From a bacterium (lineage in GTDB: Bacteria; Actinomycetota; Acidimicrobiia; Spongiisociales; Spongiisociaceae), in assembly GCA_028821575.1 (NCBI GenBank), contig JAPPFW010000004.1:1-61867 (forward strand): a stretch of 61,867 nt of DNA. Reading direction: 5' to 3'. Under the pieces are notes generated by a model. It saw only the letters and a list, made by a program, of their open reading frames with translations, ran no database searches and was not told where the DNA came from. This document shows, in pieces, positions 40,759-51,668 of the stretch. Made by a program: the position numbers and the translations under genes. Position 1 is the first letter of the stretch. Each line of letters opens with the position of its first letter.

Positions 40759-41778
40759 ATGAAGATCGACTACTACCTTCCCGACGGCCCCCTCGATGCG
40801 GTTCCCCGCCGAGTGGCGCGGGCCAGGGACATCGGCTACGACGGGGTCTTCACCGCCGACACCGCGCACGAACCCTTTCTACCCATCGTGGCCGCTGTGC
40901 CTTCAGGGCGCGGCATGGACTTCGGGTCTGCCATAGCGGTGGCGTTCGCCCGCTCGCCGATGGTGGTGGCGCAGACGGCCTGGGATCTGGCCGCCCTCTC
41001 CCGGGGTCGTTTCCTCCTGGGTCTGGGAACGCAGATCAAGCCTCACGTGGAGAGGCGGTTCTCGATGCCATGGGGGGCGCCCGCCCGGCGTCTGGCGGAG
41101 TTCATCGGGGCTCTGAAGGCGATCTGGGACACTTGGCAGAACGGCACGCGGTTGCGCTTCAGGGGAGAGTTCTACTCGTTCTCGCTGATGACACCGTTCT
41201 TCGATCCCGGACCGATCGATTATCCCCGAATACCCGTGTATGTCGCCGGGGTGGGGCCCGCTATGTCCCGCCTGGCAGGGGAGATGTGCGACGGCTACCA
41301 CGTGCACCCCTTCCACACTGTCAGGTATCTGCGGGAAGTGACCCTGCCTTCCATGGACGAGGGGGCTCGCCCGGCGGGCAGATCGTCGGCCGGCATCACG
41401 CTTGCGTCGATGGTCTTCGTGGTCACCGGCCGGGATGAAACCGAGATGGCGACCATGAGAGCACGGGTGCGGCAGCAGATCGCCTTCTACGCCTCCACCC
41501 CGGCCTACCGACGGGTTCTGGAGGTGCACGGCTGGGACTTCGGTCCGAGGCTGACGGCGATGTCGAAGCGAGGGCAGTGGGGCCGGATGGCCGACGTGGT
41601 CCCCGACGAGGTGGTCGCCGAGGTGGCGGTGGAGGCACCGATCGACCACCTCGGCGAAGCGGTTCGTCACCGGTACCAGGGGCTTCTCGACAGGGTCGGA
41701 TTCTACGCCCTGGACGGCGCGATGCCTGCGGTGGGCGACGACATGTGGGCGCAGGTGGTGTCTGCCATCCGCGGCTGA
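40759..41778 (+). CDS. LLM-class, probably F420-dependent oxidoreductase
   Basis: AVAFARSPM, GRFLLGLGTQIKPHVERRFS, LMTPFFDPGP, FYASTPAY. Confidence 0.88.
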   Translation: MKIDYYLPDGPLDAVPRRVARARDIGYDGVFTADTAHEPFLPIVAAVPSGRGMDFGSAIAVAFARSPMVVAQTAWDLAALSRGRFLLGLGTQIKPHVERRFSMPWGAPARRLAEFIGALKAIWDTWQNGTRLRFRGEFYSFSLMTPFFDPGPIDYPRIPVYVAGVGPAMSRLAGEMCDGYHVHPFHTVRYLREVTLPSMDEGARPAGRSSAGITLASMVFVVTGRDETEMATMRARVRQQIAFYASTPAYRRVLEVHGWDFGPRLTAMSKRGQWGRMADVVPDEVVAEVAVEAPIDHLGEAVRHRYQGLLDRVGFYALDGAMPAVGDDMWAQVVSAIRG

Positions 41779-41857
41779 GCAGCCTTCGACATAGCGCGAA
41801 GGTGTTGGGGACCCACCCCCTCACTCCAGGTCACCCCTCCAAACCCCCGATTAACGG

Positions 41858-41871
41858 AGAATCAGGGCTAG
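41858..41871. repeat. Isolated MITE-family end (AGAATCAGGGCTAG)
   Basis: Exact reverse complement of 42421-42434. Confidence 0.65.
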
Positions 41872-41895
41872 CCTGCCGGACCGGAAGGGAGTCGC

Positions 41896-42396
41896 GTGCA
41901 AACAGGATCTGGCGGGTTTCAAAACCTGTTCCGCGAAGTCATGTCGAACTTCGCAGCCAGCGTCACTGTAGTGACGAGCTTCTCGGATGAGCGCCACCAC
42001 GGGCTCACCGTCTCGGCCTTCACGTCGGTGTCGCTCGACCCTCCGCTGGTGCTGATCTGCATCGACCATTCGTCCCATAGCATTGCCGCCCTGCGTGTCG
42101 CCGGTGGGTTCACCGTCAACATGCTCCGGGAGGGAACCGCGGACGTGGCCGTCAAGTTCGCCTCCAAGGATCCGGACAAGTTCGCGGGTCTGGCGGTGGT
42201 CTCGCCCTCCTACGAGGGTGCCGGCCTGCGACTCCCCGAACACTCCTACGCCTGTCTCGAGTGCAGCACGGTCAAGTCGATGGAGGCGGGGGACCACACC
42301 ATATTCATCGGACACGTCGAGACCGCCGTTCGCTACGACCCGGCCAGACCCCTCCTGTACTGGCAGCGGGACTTCCGCCGCCTACACGACGAGTGA
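41896..42396 (+). CDS. Flavin reductase family protein
   Basis: FREVMSNFAASVTVVT, GLTVSAFTSVSLDPPL, GDHTIFIG. Confidence 0.92.
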   Translation: MQTGSGGFQNLFREVMSNFAASVTVVTSFSDERHHGLTVSAFTSVSLDPPLVLICIDHSSHSIAALRVAGGFTVNMLREGTADVAVKFASKDPDKFAGLAVVSPSYEGAGLRLPEHSYACLECSTVKSMEAGDHTIFIGHVETAVRYDPARPLLYWQRDFRRLHDE

Positions 42397-42420
42397 CCCC
42401 AGTGGTTCGATCACCATCCC

Positions 42421-42630
42421 CTAGCCCTGATTCTTCATGTGCCCGGCACACCGACGCACATAACGCCACGTCAACCCCATCATCGCGGAGCGGCCAACCG
42501 ACACCCCGCGGGTGAATGTCCAGCGTAGACCAAAACGGGTTCCCAGATAGCAATAATCCCAGGTCAGGACTCCAGGGCTCCCACTATCCATTCGCCCGAC
42601 AGACCCCAATCCATGAAGAATCGGGGCTAA
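42421..42630. mobile_element. MITE-like non-autonomous element (~210 bp) with 18-bp terminal inverted repeats
   Basis: TAGCCCTGATTCTTCATG (42422-42439) versus CATGAAGAATCGGGGCTA (42612-42629), 17/18 inverted match; related ends at 36-54 and 41858-41871. Confidence 0.7.
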
Positions 42631-43271
42631 CCACCAGAAAAGTCGTGGTCGATGAAGGCCTGCAAGGCAGTGCCGCTCAGCTGGCCCTGTATCTGGCGGG
42701 AGACGGTGCCGTTGGCGTCGATCAGGTAGGTGACGGGAAGCCCGACGAACGGGTATCCGTTCTTGACGGTCAGCCGATCGTCGATTCCCAGCGGGTAGGC
42801 GGCCGCCACCTCGGTGGCGAACGCCTCTGCCGGACCACGTGCGTCCTCGACCGCCGCACCCACGAAGGCGACCTCGGGATTGGCCACGGCGACCTCCGAG
42901 AATTCGGGGATCTCGCGCCGGCACGGGGTACACCAACTGGCCCACAAGTTCAGCACCAGCGGCCGGCCGTCCCCCGAGAGGTGTGCCGAAAGGACGAAAT
43001 CGGAGCCGTCGAAGAGCGAGAGACTGAACTCTGGAGCGGGTTGACCCGCCAGGGCACCCCTCGGGAAGCCCGCCACATCGATCACGGGTTCCACAGCCTC
43101 AGGGGCTGGCTCCGCCGGTGGGCTCTCCCCGTCGACCAGGAAGAGCACGAGCAGGCCGGCGACGATCACGGCTGTAAGGGCGGCGACCGCCGAGAGGGTG
43201 ACGGTTACAGTCCGGGTGCGAGGCGATGCCTCGCTCTCGCCAGGATTCGAGCCTTCCGGTGTCCGCGCCAC
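42627..43271 (-). CDS. TlpA/ResA family thiol-disulfide oxidoreductase
   Basis: TM helix, LNLWASWCTPCRRE, GLPVT. Confidence 0.9.
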   Translation of the reverse strand: MARTPEGSNPGESEASPRTRTVTVTLSAVAALTAVIVAGLLVLFLVDGESPPAEPAPEAVEPVIDVAGFPRGALAGQPAPEFSLSLFDGSDFVLSAHLSGDGRPLVLNLWASWCTPCRREIPEFSEVAVANPEVAFVGAAVEDARGPAEAFATEVAAAYPLGIDDRLTVKNGYPFVGLPVTYLIDANGTVSRQIQGQLSGTALQAFIDHDFSGG

Positions 43272-43522
43272 GTTCGAAGGTTAGTGAGCCTCGCAATCGA
43301 CCGGTACGCCTGCAGGTCGACCTGCCGATTCCGCCCGCCGACGCTCGGTGCGGCTGTGTTCCAGCGCCACGAGCGTCCGTACAGGTGGGCCTTCGTGACG
43401 GGACCTACGAGGAACACCGTTGCGTTGGACTGCGTCGCGGTTTGCAGGCAGGCCTGTCTTGGGCATTGCATCCCGCGTGCCATACACTCCGCCCGCCGAG
43501 TTCGCGAAGGAAAGGATCTGGA

Positions 43523-44350
43523 ATGCCGCTCCGGGATGGCTACGCGCACGGAACGCCGGGCTGGATCGATCTGAGCTGTGCCGAGCCGGAGGTCGCCAAG
43601 GCGTTCTACGGCGGCCTATTCGGGTGGCAATGGGAAGACCAGGAGGGTCCAGGAGGTGCATTCACCTACTCGATCGCTCACCTGGAAGGCCGGACAGTTG
43701 CAGGTCTCGGTCCCGCACCCCCCGAGTTGGTCAAGGCGGGTTTCAGAGGCGCCTGGAACACCTACCTCATGGTGGATTCGGTCGATGCCGCTTACCGGTC
43801 GGTGCTCAACGCCGGCGGCAAGAGCCTGGTCAGCCCACTCGACGTTATGGACGCAGTGCGCATGGCCTTCGTCATGGACGACCAAGGCACCTGCTCCGGC
43901 CTCTTGGAAGCTCGGGCCCACAAGGGCGCACAGGTGGTCAACGAGCCCGGCGCGTTCACATGGGTCGAACTCTACGTACCCGATCCGGATAGAGCGGCGG
44001 AGTTCTACCGGGCCGCGCTGGGTCTCGTCGCGCAGCCGGTGGATTTCGGTCCCGGTGCGCGGACCATGTCCTACTCCGGCCTGACGGTTGGTGAACGGGT
44101 GGTGGGTGGATTGATGGGAATCCCCATGGAGGGCATGCCGCCCCAGTGGCATGTCTACGTCGGGTCTGCCGACGTTGACCAAACCGCAGCCAAGGCAATC
44201 GAGCTTGGAGGGGAAGTCATGACGGGACCGTTCGCCCTTCCGCAGGAAGGCGATGTACCGGATGGGCGCATCGTCGTCATGCACGATCCCGGAGGAGCGA
44301 TGTTCTCAGCTCTTGAACTGGACGAGTGGCCGGCCGAGATTGGTGATTGA
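43523..44350 (+). CDS. Two-domain VOC/glyoxalase protein (CFP32-like)
   Basis: GTPGWIDL, FYGGLFGW, NEPGAFTWVEL, DPGGA. Confidence 0.88.
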   Translation: MPLRDGYAHGTPGWIDLSCAEPEVAKAFYGGLFGWQWEDQEGPGGAFTYSIAHLEGRTVAGLGPAPPELVKAGFRGAWNTYLMVDSVDAAYRSVLNAGGKSLVSPLDVMDAVRMAFVMDDQGTCSGLLEARAHKGAQVVNEPGAFTWVELYVPDPDRAAEFYRAALGLVAQPVDFGPGARTMSYSGLTVGERVVGGLMGIPMEGMPPQWHVYVGSADVDQTAAKAIELGGEVMTGPFALPQEGDVPDGRIVVMHDPGGAMFSALELDEWPAEIGD

Positions 44351-44404
44351 TGATTGGTCGCGAGGGTGGTCGGTAGCTGCTAAGGCTCCACCAGCCACCA
44401 AGTC

Positions 44405-47092
44405 CTACGGCGTGGTTGCCATCTCCTTGAGCACCGTATGGAGGATCCCGCCGTTGCGGTAGTAGTCCACCTCGACGGGTGTATCGATGCGTACCACCGT
44501 TGTGAAGGAGGTTTCGACCCCACCGGGGTGGGAGGCGATGACCCCTACTTCCTGGCGGGGCCGTAGGCGGTCGTCGATGTCGATCCAGAAGGTCTCGGAC
44601 CCGTCGAGACCCAGCGAGGCGGTTCCCTCCCCGGGCATGAACTGCAGAGGGAGGATTCCCATACCGATGAGGTTGGATCGATGAATGCGTTCATAGGTCT
44701 CGGCGATGACCGCTCTCACTCCGAGCAGGAACGGGCCCTTGGCGGCCCAATCCCGGCTGGATCCCATCCCGTAGTCGACGCCCGCCAGCACGATGGTGGG
44801 GATTCCGGCTGCCCGATAGCGCATGGCCGCCTCGTAGATGGTCTTGACCTCCCCGTCGGTGAAGTCGGTCGTCCAGCCGCCTTCAGTACCCGGTGCCAGG
44901 TGGTTTCTCACGCGGATGTTGGCAAACGTGCCACGGGCCATGACTCGGTCGTTGCCGCGCCGCGACCCGTAGCTGTTGAACATCAGTGGTGAGACCCCCG
45001 CCGCTTCCAGATAGCGTCCGGCCGGGGTGTCGGCTGAGATGGCACCGGCTGGAGAGATGTGGTCCGTGGTGACCGAGTCTCCCACCTTGACCAGGACGCG
45101 ACCACCGGCGATGGGCTCGATCGTCCCGCGATCGGTCGTCAGCCCGTCGAAGAAAGGGGGCTCCTGGATGTACGTGCTACCGGAGTCCCATCGGTAGAGG
45201 CTCGAAGCGTCGGTGCTGATCTCGCGCCACTCCGGTGGTCCTTCGAACACGGTCGAGTACTGCTCGGTGAACTGTTCGGGAGAGATCGACCTCGACACTA
45301 TCGCGGCGACTTCGGACGGGTCGGGCCAGACATCCCTCAGGTAGACGTCACGCCCTTCCCCGTCCTGGCCCAGCGGCTCGGTACTCAGGTCGATGTCGAT
45401 CGTCCCGGCCAGGGCGTAGGCCACCACGAGCGGTGGGGAGGCGAGATAGTTGGCCCGGATGTGCGGGCTTATCCGGCCCTCGAAGTTGCGGTTTCCAGAC
45501 AGCACGGACGCCACCACGAGGTCCTTCCCCTCGATGGCCCGGGCGATCGGCCCGGGAAGCGGCCCCGAATTGCCGATGCAGGTGGTGCATCCGTATCCCA
45601 CATTGAAGAACCCCAGCGCCTCTAGATCTTCGGTCAGGCCGGCCCGGTCGAGGTACTCGGTGACCACTCGCGAACCGGGGGCCAGCGATGTCTTTACCCA
45701 AGGCTTGCGGGTCAGACCCAGCTCGCGCGCCCGGCGGGCCAACAAACCGGCCCCTACCATGACCTCGGGGTTGGAGGTGTTGGTGCAACTGGTGATGGCG
45801 GCTATCACGATGGATCCGTCGACCAGGTCGAAGGTCTCGCCGTCGGACTCGACACCGGGCGCGCCACCGGGACTCCCGTGTCCGGAGAAGGTCGAGTCCA
45901 TGTCCCGGTGCCACTGTGCCTTCATTCCGGACAGGGCGATCCGGTCCTGAGGGCGGCGAGGTCCGGCCAGCGCGGGCTCGATGCTGCCCATATCGAGTTC
46001 GAGCAGCGACGAGTACACCACCGGATGGCTGTCGTCCCGCCACAAGCCCTGGAGCCTCGCGTACCGCTCAACCGTCTCGATGAGCTCCGCCGGCCGTCCG
46101 GTCAGCTCCAGGTAGGCGATGGTTTGGGAGTCGACAGGGAAGAAGCCGCAGGTGGCGCCATACTCGGGCGCCATGTTGGCGATCGTGGCACGATTGGCCA
46201 CCGGCATAGCATCGAGGCCCGGTCCGTGGAACTCGACGAAGCGGCCCACCACTCCGTGCTCGCGCAGCATCTCGGTCACCCGTAGCACGAGGTCGGTTGC
46301 GGTCGCCCCCTCCGGGAGCCGGCCGGTGAGGCGGACTCCCACCACCTCGGGTACCAGCATGAAGATTGGGCGGCCCACCATCGCCGCCTCGGCCTCGATA
46401 CCGCCCACACCCCATCCGAGAACACCCAAGCCGTTGATCATCGTGGTGTGAGAGTCGGTTCCCACGACGGAGTCGGGGTACAGTTGCGATCCGTTGTCCC
46501 AGACCACCCTGGCCAGGTACTCCAGGTTGACCTGGTGAACTATCCCGGTGGCCGGTGGGACCACCCGGAAGTTGTCGAAGGCCGACTGCCCCCACTTGAG
46601 GAAGGCGTAGCGTTCCTGGTTGCGCTCGAACTCGCGCCGGGAGTTGATGCGCAGCGCGAGGCTCGAGTTAAAGGCGTCCACCTGCACGGAGTGGTCGATC
46701 ACCAGGTCGCAGGGCACCAGTGGGTTCACCTTCTGCGCGTCACCGGCGTCGCCGGTCATTCTGACTATGGCGTCCCGCATGGCGGCGAGGTCGACGATGG
46801 CCGGAACCCCGGTGAAGTCCTGCAGGACCACCCGTCCGGGCGAGAAGGGGATTTCGGTCTCGGCTACCTTCGCCCCGTCGTATGAGGCCAGGGAGATGAC
46901 GTCCTGCTCGGTGACCGTGTGGCCGTCGCAGCTCCGGAGGGCCGCTTCCAGCAGCACCTTGATCGAGTAGGGCAGGGAGTCAATGTCACCGTGGTCTCTC
47001 AGCGAGTCGAGGCGATAGACGGTCCGATCCCCTATGGGGGTTGAGAGGGTGGTGGCTGATTCGAAAGGATTGCGGATTGCGTTGGTGCTCAT
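44405..47092 (-). CDS. acnA: Aconitate hydratase A
   Basis: [49 protein letters not shown]. Confidence 0.97.
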   Translation of the reverse strand: MSTNAIRNPFESATTLSTPIGDRTVYRLDSLRDHGDIDSLPYSIKVLLEAALRSCDGHTVTEQDVISLASYDGAKVAETEIPFSPGRVVLQDFTGVPAIVDLAAMRDAIVRMTGDAGDAQKVNPLVPCDLVIDHSVQVDAFNSSLALRINSRREFERNQERYAFLKWGQSAFDNFRVVPPATGIVHQVNLEYLARVVWDNGSQLYPDSVVGTDSHTTMINGLGVLGWGVGGIEAEAAMVGRPIFMLVPEVVGVRLTGRLPEGATATDLVLRVTEMLREHGVVGRFVEFHGPGLDAMPVANRATIANMAPEYGATCGFFPVDSQTIAYLELTGRPAELIETVERYARLQGLWRDDSHPVVYSSLLELDMGSIEPALAGPRRPQDRIALSGMKAQWHRDMDSTFSGHGSPGGAPGVESDGETFDLVDGSIVIAAITSCTNTSNPEVMVGAGLLARRARELGLTRKPWVKTSLAPGSRVVTEYLDRAGLTEDLEALGFFNVGYGCTTCIGNSGPLPGPIARAIEGKDLVVASVLSGNRNFEGRISPHIRANYLASPPLVVAYALAGTIDIDLSTEPLGQDGEGRDVYLRDVWPDPSEVAAIVSRSISPEQFTEQYSTVFEGPPEWREISTDASSLYRWDSGSTYIQEPPFFDGLTTDRGTIEPIAGGRVLVKVGDSVTTDHISPAGAISADTPAGRYLEAAGVSPLMFNSYGSRRGNDRVMARGTFANIRVRNHLAPGTEGGWTTDFTDGEVKTIYEAAMRYRAAGIPTIVLAGVDYGMGSSRDWAAKGPFLLGVRAVIAETYERIHRSNLIGMGILPLQFMPGEGTASLGLDGSETFWIDIDDRLRPRQEVGVIASHPGGVETSFTTVVRIDTPVEVDYYRNGGILHTVLKEMATTP

Positions 47093-47362
47093 CGTTCCCG
47101 GTCCGGCTTCTCGGCGTTGGTCGGCGGCGGTCCCGGGTGGCCGCTCGTGCCCCCGGATCGCCCGCCCGATTCTAATTCGTGGCTGCGCCCTTTCCCGCAT
47201 GTCGGTTAAGGGTGACGGCCGCGGGCGGTGCCGCCGCGTGACGGTGCATCTGCGCGGCCGGGAGCCGGGCGTTCCTCAACCCCTATCATGGACGGCGGCC
47301 GACCAGTTGAGGAGCCACATGCGCGAGGCGCGCCCATACCAACCCTCCGACTCCCGCGGATC

Positions 47363-48454
47363 ATGAGTCCATCCAGGGACGAGGTGCTGGAAGCCGCTCT
47401 GGCCGGAACCGTGGATCCGATCCTGCAGCGGCCCCTCGGTGGTCTCGGCTATCTGCAGTCGGTCCGTGTCAAGCGCATGGGCACCGCGGTGGTCCGTCTA
47501 CTGATCCCGGTTCCCGGCGTTCCGGGCCATCAACTGATCGAGGCGGTGACGGCGGCGGCGCGGTCGGTTGACGGTGTCCGATCTGTTCGGGTCGAGCACG
47601 AACTGATGAACGACGATCAGCGTACGCAGCTGATGGCAGCGGTGCGGGGCGAGAAGCGTCCGGTGGGAGGTCCCGGATCAGGGACCTACGTGGTGGCCGT
47701 CTCCTCCGGTAAGGGCGGGGTGGGCAAGTCCTCTGTGACCACCAACCTGGCGGTCAGTATGGCGGCCCGTGGCCATTCGGTGGGGGTCATCGACGCCGAC
47801 GTGTGGGGGTACTCGATTCCGAGGATGCTCGGCGCCGACGGTGTTCCCGTGGTCGTCGCCGACTCCATCCTGCCGCTGCGGGCCTACGGGGTGTCGGTGA
47901 TCTCGATCGACTACTTCGTTCCGGACGGCCAGGCGGTCGTCTGGCGGGGGCCGATGCTTCACAAGGCTCTGGAGCAGTTCCTGACCGATGTCTTCTGGGA
48001 CGATCCTGACTTCCTGCTCATTGACATGCCGCCCGGAACGGGCGACGTGGCCATCTCGATCTCCCAGTTCGTCCCCAGGGCGCGGGTACTGCTCGTGACG
48101 ACTCCCCAGCCGACGGCCCGGCGGGTGGCGTCCCGGGCGGCCCGGATGGCTGACCGGGTGGACCAGAAGCTGATCGGCGTGGTCGAGAACATGAGCTGGT
48201 TCACCGGTGACGACGGAAAGCGGTACCACATCTTCGGGGAGGGGGGTGGCGCCGCCCTTGCCGAGCAACACGAGGTCGAGTTGCTGGTCCAGGTTCCGAT
48301 CCTTCCCGAGATGAGGGCAGGGGCGGACCGGGGTGAGCCGGTCTCCATCTCCGCTCCCGGAAGCGAGGCGGCAAAGGCGTTCGACCATCTGGCTGCCAGG
48401 ATCGTGGCGACCCGACCCCGGATCAGGACCCATCCGGAACTGCGGATCGGCTGA
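47363..48454 (+). CDS. mrp: Mrp/NBP35 family P-loop ATPase
   Basis: SGKGGVGKS, DADVWG, WRGPM, DMPPGTGD, ENMS. Confidence 0.9.
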   Translation: MSPSRDEVLEAALAGTVDPILQRPLGGLGYLQSVRVKRMGTAVVRLLIPVPGVPGHQLIEAVTAAARSVDGVRSVRVEHELMNDDQRTQLMAAVRGEKRPVGGPGSGTYVVAVSSGKGGVGKSSVTTNLAVSMAARGHSVGVIDADVWGYSIPRMLGADGVPVVVADSILPLRAYGVSVISIDYFVPDGQAVVWRGPMLHKALEQFLTDVFWDDPDFLLIDMPPGTGDVAISISQFVPRARVLLVTTPQPTARRVASRAARMADRVDQKLIGVVENMSWFTGDDGKRYHIFGEGGGAALAEQHEVELLVQVPILPEMRAGADRGEPVSISAPGSEAAKAFDHLAARIVATRPRIRTHPELRIG

Positions 48455-48505
48455 CGGTCCGGTGCCCGGCGATGGCCGGTCCGGGCGGCTGCGCCCCGCC
48501 CGCGG

Positions 48506-49270
48506 TCAGAGCCACGTAAGGGCGGTGGCACCGACCAGGAAGCAGTAGATCGAGAACGGCCAGATGCCATGACGCTCCAGCGCCCTGATGAGGAGCGAGA
48601 TGGCCCAGTAGCCGGAGGCGGCCGCTACCAGGGTTCCGGCGACCAATTCAGGGAGATGGGCGCCGGCGCCGGTGACTGTGAGCGTTTCCCGGGCTCCCGC
48701 TCCCAGGGTCACCGGGATCGCCATGAGGAACCCGAACCGGGCGGCCTGGGTGCCCGACAAGCCCCGCGCCAACCCGGCCGTGATCACCACTCCGGCCCGC
48801 GAGATCCCGGGCAGGAGGGCCAATGCCTGGGCCACGCCCAGGCCGAGAGAGTCCAGGGTGGAGAGATCCTCTGCATTCCGGTTGCGTTCCGTAAGGAATC
48901 TGGATGCCAGCAGGATGGCACCGGTCGCCAGGAGTGCTGTACCCACCGCCGTGGAGGAGTCCTGGAAACGCTCGACCCGATCGGCCAGAACCGATCCGGC
49001 GACCACCGCCGGGATGGTGGCGGTCACGACCAGAAGGCCCAGACTCCGCGCTCTCGGATCGTGACGCATCCCCCCCACCATCCAGCGGATGTCACGCCGG
49101 TAGAAGGCGAGGAGGGCCACGAGCGTTCCGAGGTGCAGCACGGCGGAGGTAGCGAGATCCGGTGGTTCGAGACCCAACAGGTCGGGAACTACCCGTAGAT
49201 GGCCGCTCGACGAGACGGGTAGGAACTCGGTGAGACCTTGGACTAGTCCCCAGACGATCGCTTCCAGCAC
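48506..49270 (-). CDS. uppP: Undecaprenyl-diphosphate phosphatase
   Basis: QGLTEFLPVSSSGH, PGISRAG. Confidence 0.93.
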   Translation of the reverse strand: MLEAIVWGLVQGLTEFLPVSSSGHLRVVPDLLGLEPPDLATSAVLHLGTLVALLAFYRRDIRWMVGGMRHDPRARSLGLLVVTATIPAVVAGSVLADRVERFQDSSTAVGTALLATGAILLASRFLTERNRNAEDLSTLDSLGLGVAQALALLPGISRAGVVITAGLARGLSGTQAARFGFLMAIPVTLGAGARETLTVTGAGAHLPELVAGTLVAAASGYWAISLLIRALERHGIWPFSIYCFLVGATALTWL

Positions 49271-49279
49271 GTCTTCAAG

Positions 49280-49831
49280 CTAGTCGTCCGTGCGTTCTCC
49301 GTGGGCCTCCACCAGCACGGATACGCGCTTTTCGGCCACTGCGACCGCGGCCGTGGCAGCCCGGTCGGGCGGAAGGGCCACGGTGCCGATAAGGCCGTCA
49401 TCATCGTACGGGCCGCTGCGTACTCCGGTCACCAGTCCGCCGATGGGTGCGACCGGGAGGTGGCCGGGCGAGGGCAGGATCACGAGTTGGACCCGAGTCC
49501 CGGCGGTTGCCTCGACGGGTACCGCCACATCCACCAGCCACCATCCGCCCGGGACGGATGTGGACATATCGGTGGTGTCGCCAGGAAGCAGAGGCTGGCC
49601 ACCGGCGAGGGGGCGGTTGGCGAATCCGGTACCGGAGACAGCCTCCAGCACGCCAGGCGGAATCTCACGCCACTCGAGAGCATCATCGACGGATTCCCCC
49701 CGGCCCAGATCACGTGTGAGAAACGGATGGCCCACGGTAGGGGAGGGCCGGAGTTCCAGCCATAGGCTGACGAGGACCACAAGCCCGATGAGGGTCCATC
49801 GAACGTAAGGGGGACGGGATATCCACAGCAC
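49280..49831 (-). CDS. SAF/CpaB-like membrane-anchored protein
   Basis: TM helix; TRDLGRGE..ANRPLAGGQPL SAF-like pattern; typical neighbour of fmdB in actinobacteria. Confidence 0.55.
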   Translation of the reverse strand: MLWISRPPYVRWTLIGLVVLVSLWLELRPSPTVGHPFLTRDLGRGESVDDALEWREIPPGVLEAVSGTGFANRPLAGGQPLLPGDTTDMSTSVPGGWWLVDVAVPVEATAGTRVQLVILPSPGHLPVAPIGGLVTGVRSGPYDDDGLIGTVALPPDRAATAAVAVAEKRVSVLVEAHGERTDD

Positions 49832-49926
49832 CCTTCCAACGTACCGGTGGACCGCGCCGGTGGGAAGAGGTCTGTTTGGTGGTTGTTGGTTGGGCTACCA
49901 CCTCACAAGCCACCATCCACCAACCA

Positions 49927-50511
49927 CTATCCGAGCAGATCCAGCCTGAAGCGTTGCTCGGCGGCGATGAGGTCGTCGGGTGTGTCCATGGAGAACCAGG
50001 AACGGCCATCCTCCCCCCAGGAGGACCAGTCGTGACGCTCGACTCTGGTCCACGGGACCGACTTAAGCATCTGCTGGATGGATCCGCCGGTCCTGAGTTG
50101 GCGGTTGGCCTCTCCCAGACAGGTGGTTGCATATGAGGCGCAGGTGACCTGCGGTCTGCCGTCGACGCAGATTGCTGTCTCGTTTGCCGCGGCCCGTTCG
50201 CCCAGGCGGGCCAGCGTCTCGGACCGCACGAGTGGTTGGTCCACCGCCACCAGCACTACCGGCGATCGCCACACCGTAAGAGCTGTCTGCAGGCCGCTGA
50301 GCGGGCCCGCCGCACGCGGGTGCAGGTCCGGCACCGCCTCCATCCCGGCCGGTCCTCTGCGGCGCCCTACGAGTGCCACCGTGGCGAAACCGGTCATCGC
50401 ATCGGCTACCCACTCGACCATGGACCGGCCGTGGAGTTCGAACGACGCCTTGTCGGTGCCCATCCGGGTGGATTCACCGCCGGCGAGAATGACGCCTACC
50501 ACACCGCGCAC
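49927..50511 (-). CDS. mobA: Molybdenum cofactor guanylyltransferase
   Basis: ILAGGESTRMGTDKA, GPLSGL, AVDQP, DTPDD. Confidence 0.88.
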   Translation of the reverse strand: MRGVVGVILAGGESTRMGTDKASFELHGRSMVEWVADAMTGFATVALVGRRRGPAGMEAVPDLHPRAAGPLSGLQTALTVWRSPVVLVAVDQPLVRSETLARLGERAAANETAICVDGRPQVTCASYATTCLGEANRQLRTGGSIQQMLKSVPWTRVERHDWSSWGEDGRSWFSMDTPDDLIAAEQRFRLDLLG

Positions 50512-50619
50512 ACGGTCACCCTAGTTGCTAGTTGCGAGTTGTTAGTTGCTGGGCGGTGGTTAGCGTTAGATCGGGTAGTTTTCCGGTCTCGGTAGTTCAG
50601 TGTGAGCGCGTGCTCAGGC

Positions 50620-50949
50620 CTACTTGACACCGGACTTCGCCGGCTCTCTCCCCTTCTTTGGAGAGCCGTTGGAAGAGGCGGGTGACTTGTCCGGAGCGGG
50701 GGACTTCTCACTGGCGGGCTTCTTACCGTCGGCGGGCTTGGAGTCGGTGGAGGACTTCTTGGGGCGGGGACCGCGAGAGTCGTTCACGTAGAACCCCGAG
50801 CCCTTGAACACGACTCCGGCAGGGAACAGGACCTTCCGGAGAGCGACCTCCCGGCACTCGGGGCAGGTTCGGAGTGGCTCGGCCGAGAAGCTCTGGAACA
50901 ACTCGAACCGGTGTCCGCAGTCTCTGCACTCGTACACGTAGGTGGGCAT
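50620..50949 (-). CDS. FmdB family zinc-ribbon protein
   Basis: MPTYVYECRDCG..CPEC..FKGSGFYVNDSR. Confidence 0.92.
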   Translation of the reverse strand: MPTYVYECRDCGHRFELFQSFSAEPLRTCPECREVALRKVLFPAGVVFKGSGFYVNDSRGPRPKKSSTDSKPADGKKPASEKSPAPDKSPASSNGSPKKGREPAKSGVK

Positions 50950-51043
50950 TGGAAGTCTCCGGTGAGGTCGCGGTACAGCCGGTGCCGGGTCGGCTGGACG
51001 TACGGGGCGGAAGCATACCATCGTCGGGATAGAATCATCCTCG

Positions 51044-51628
51044 ATGTTCATCGGCATCACCGCCCTATGCGTCAGCGCCTATCTACTCGGGAGCATTAAC
51101 ACCGCGTTGGTGGTCGCCGCGTCGCGCGGTGTGGACATTCGAGCGGTTGGCAGCGGGAACCCGGGCGCTTCCAACGTGCTGCGGAGCCTCGGCAAGGGGC
51201 CCGCGCTGCTGGTTACCGTGGCCGACCTGCTGAAGGGCCTCCTCCCGGCCCTTGTCGGGTTGCTGCTCTGGACCCCGGCGACAGCTGCGCTGGCGGGCTT
51301 CTGTGCGGTCGCCGGCCACTGCTACCCGGTCTTCCACCGGTTCCGCGGCGGTAAGGGCGTGGCCACCGCGGGAGGGGTCGCGCTCGCCCTGTCGCCACCG
51401 GTCATGGTTGCCATGGTGCTCATGTACGGCATCGGGCTGGCCGCGACCCGCATCTCGGCCGTGGGATCCCTGGCCGCCGTGGTCACTTCCGTGCCGGCGT
51501 TCATCATCGCCGGCTTGGAAACCGGGGCCGTGGTCTGGTTCGGTGCGACCATGCTGCTCATCGTCCTGCGCCATCGCTCCAATCTGTCCCGGCTGCGGGC
51601 CGGCACGGAACGCAAGCTGACGCCGTGA
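51044..51628 (+). CDS. plsY: Glycerol-3-phosphate acyltransferase PlsY
   Basis: YLLGSI, GSGNPGASN, DLLKG, GHCYP, GGKGVAT, RHRSN. Confidence 0.93.
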   Translation: MFIGITALCVSAYLLGSINTALVVAASRGVDIRAVGSGNPGASNVLRSLGKGPALLVTVADLLKGLLPALVGLLLWTPATAALAGFCAVAGHCYPVFHRFRGGKGVATAGGVALALSPPVMVAMVLMYGIGLAATRISAVGSLAAVVTSVPAFIIAGLETGAVVWFGATMLLIVLRHRSNLSRLRAGTERKLTP

Positions 51629-51668
51629 CCGGGACGAGGACGACCGGCCCCGAAGGGCGCTCCGAATC

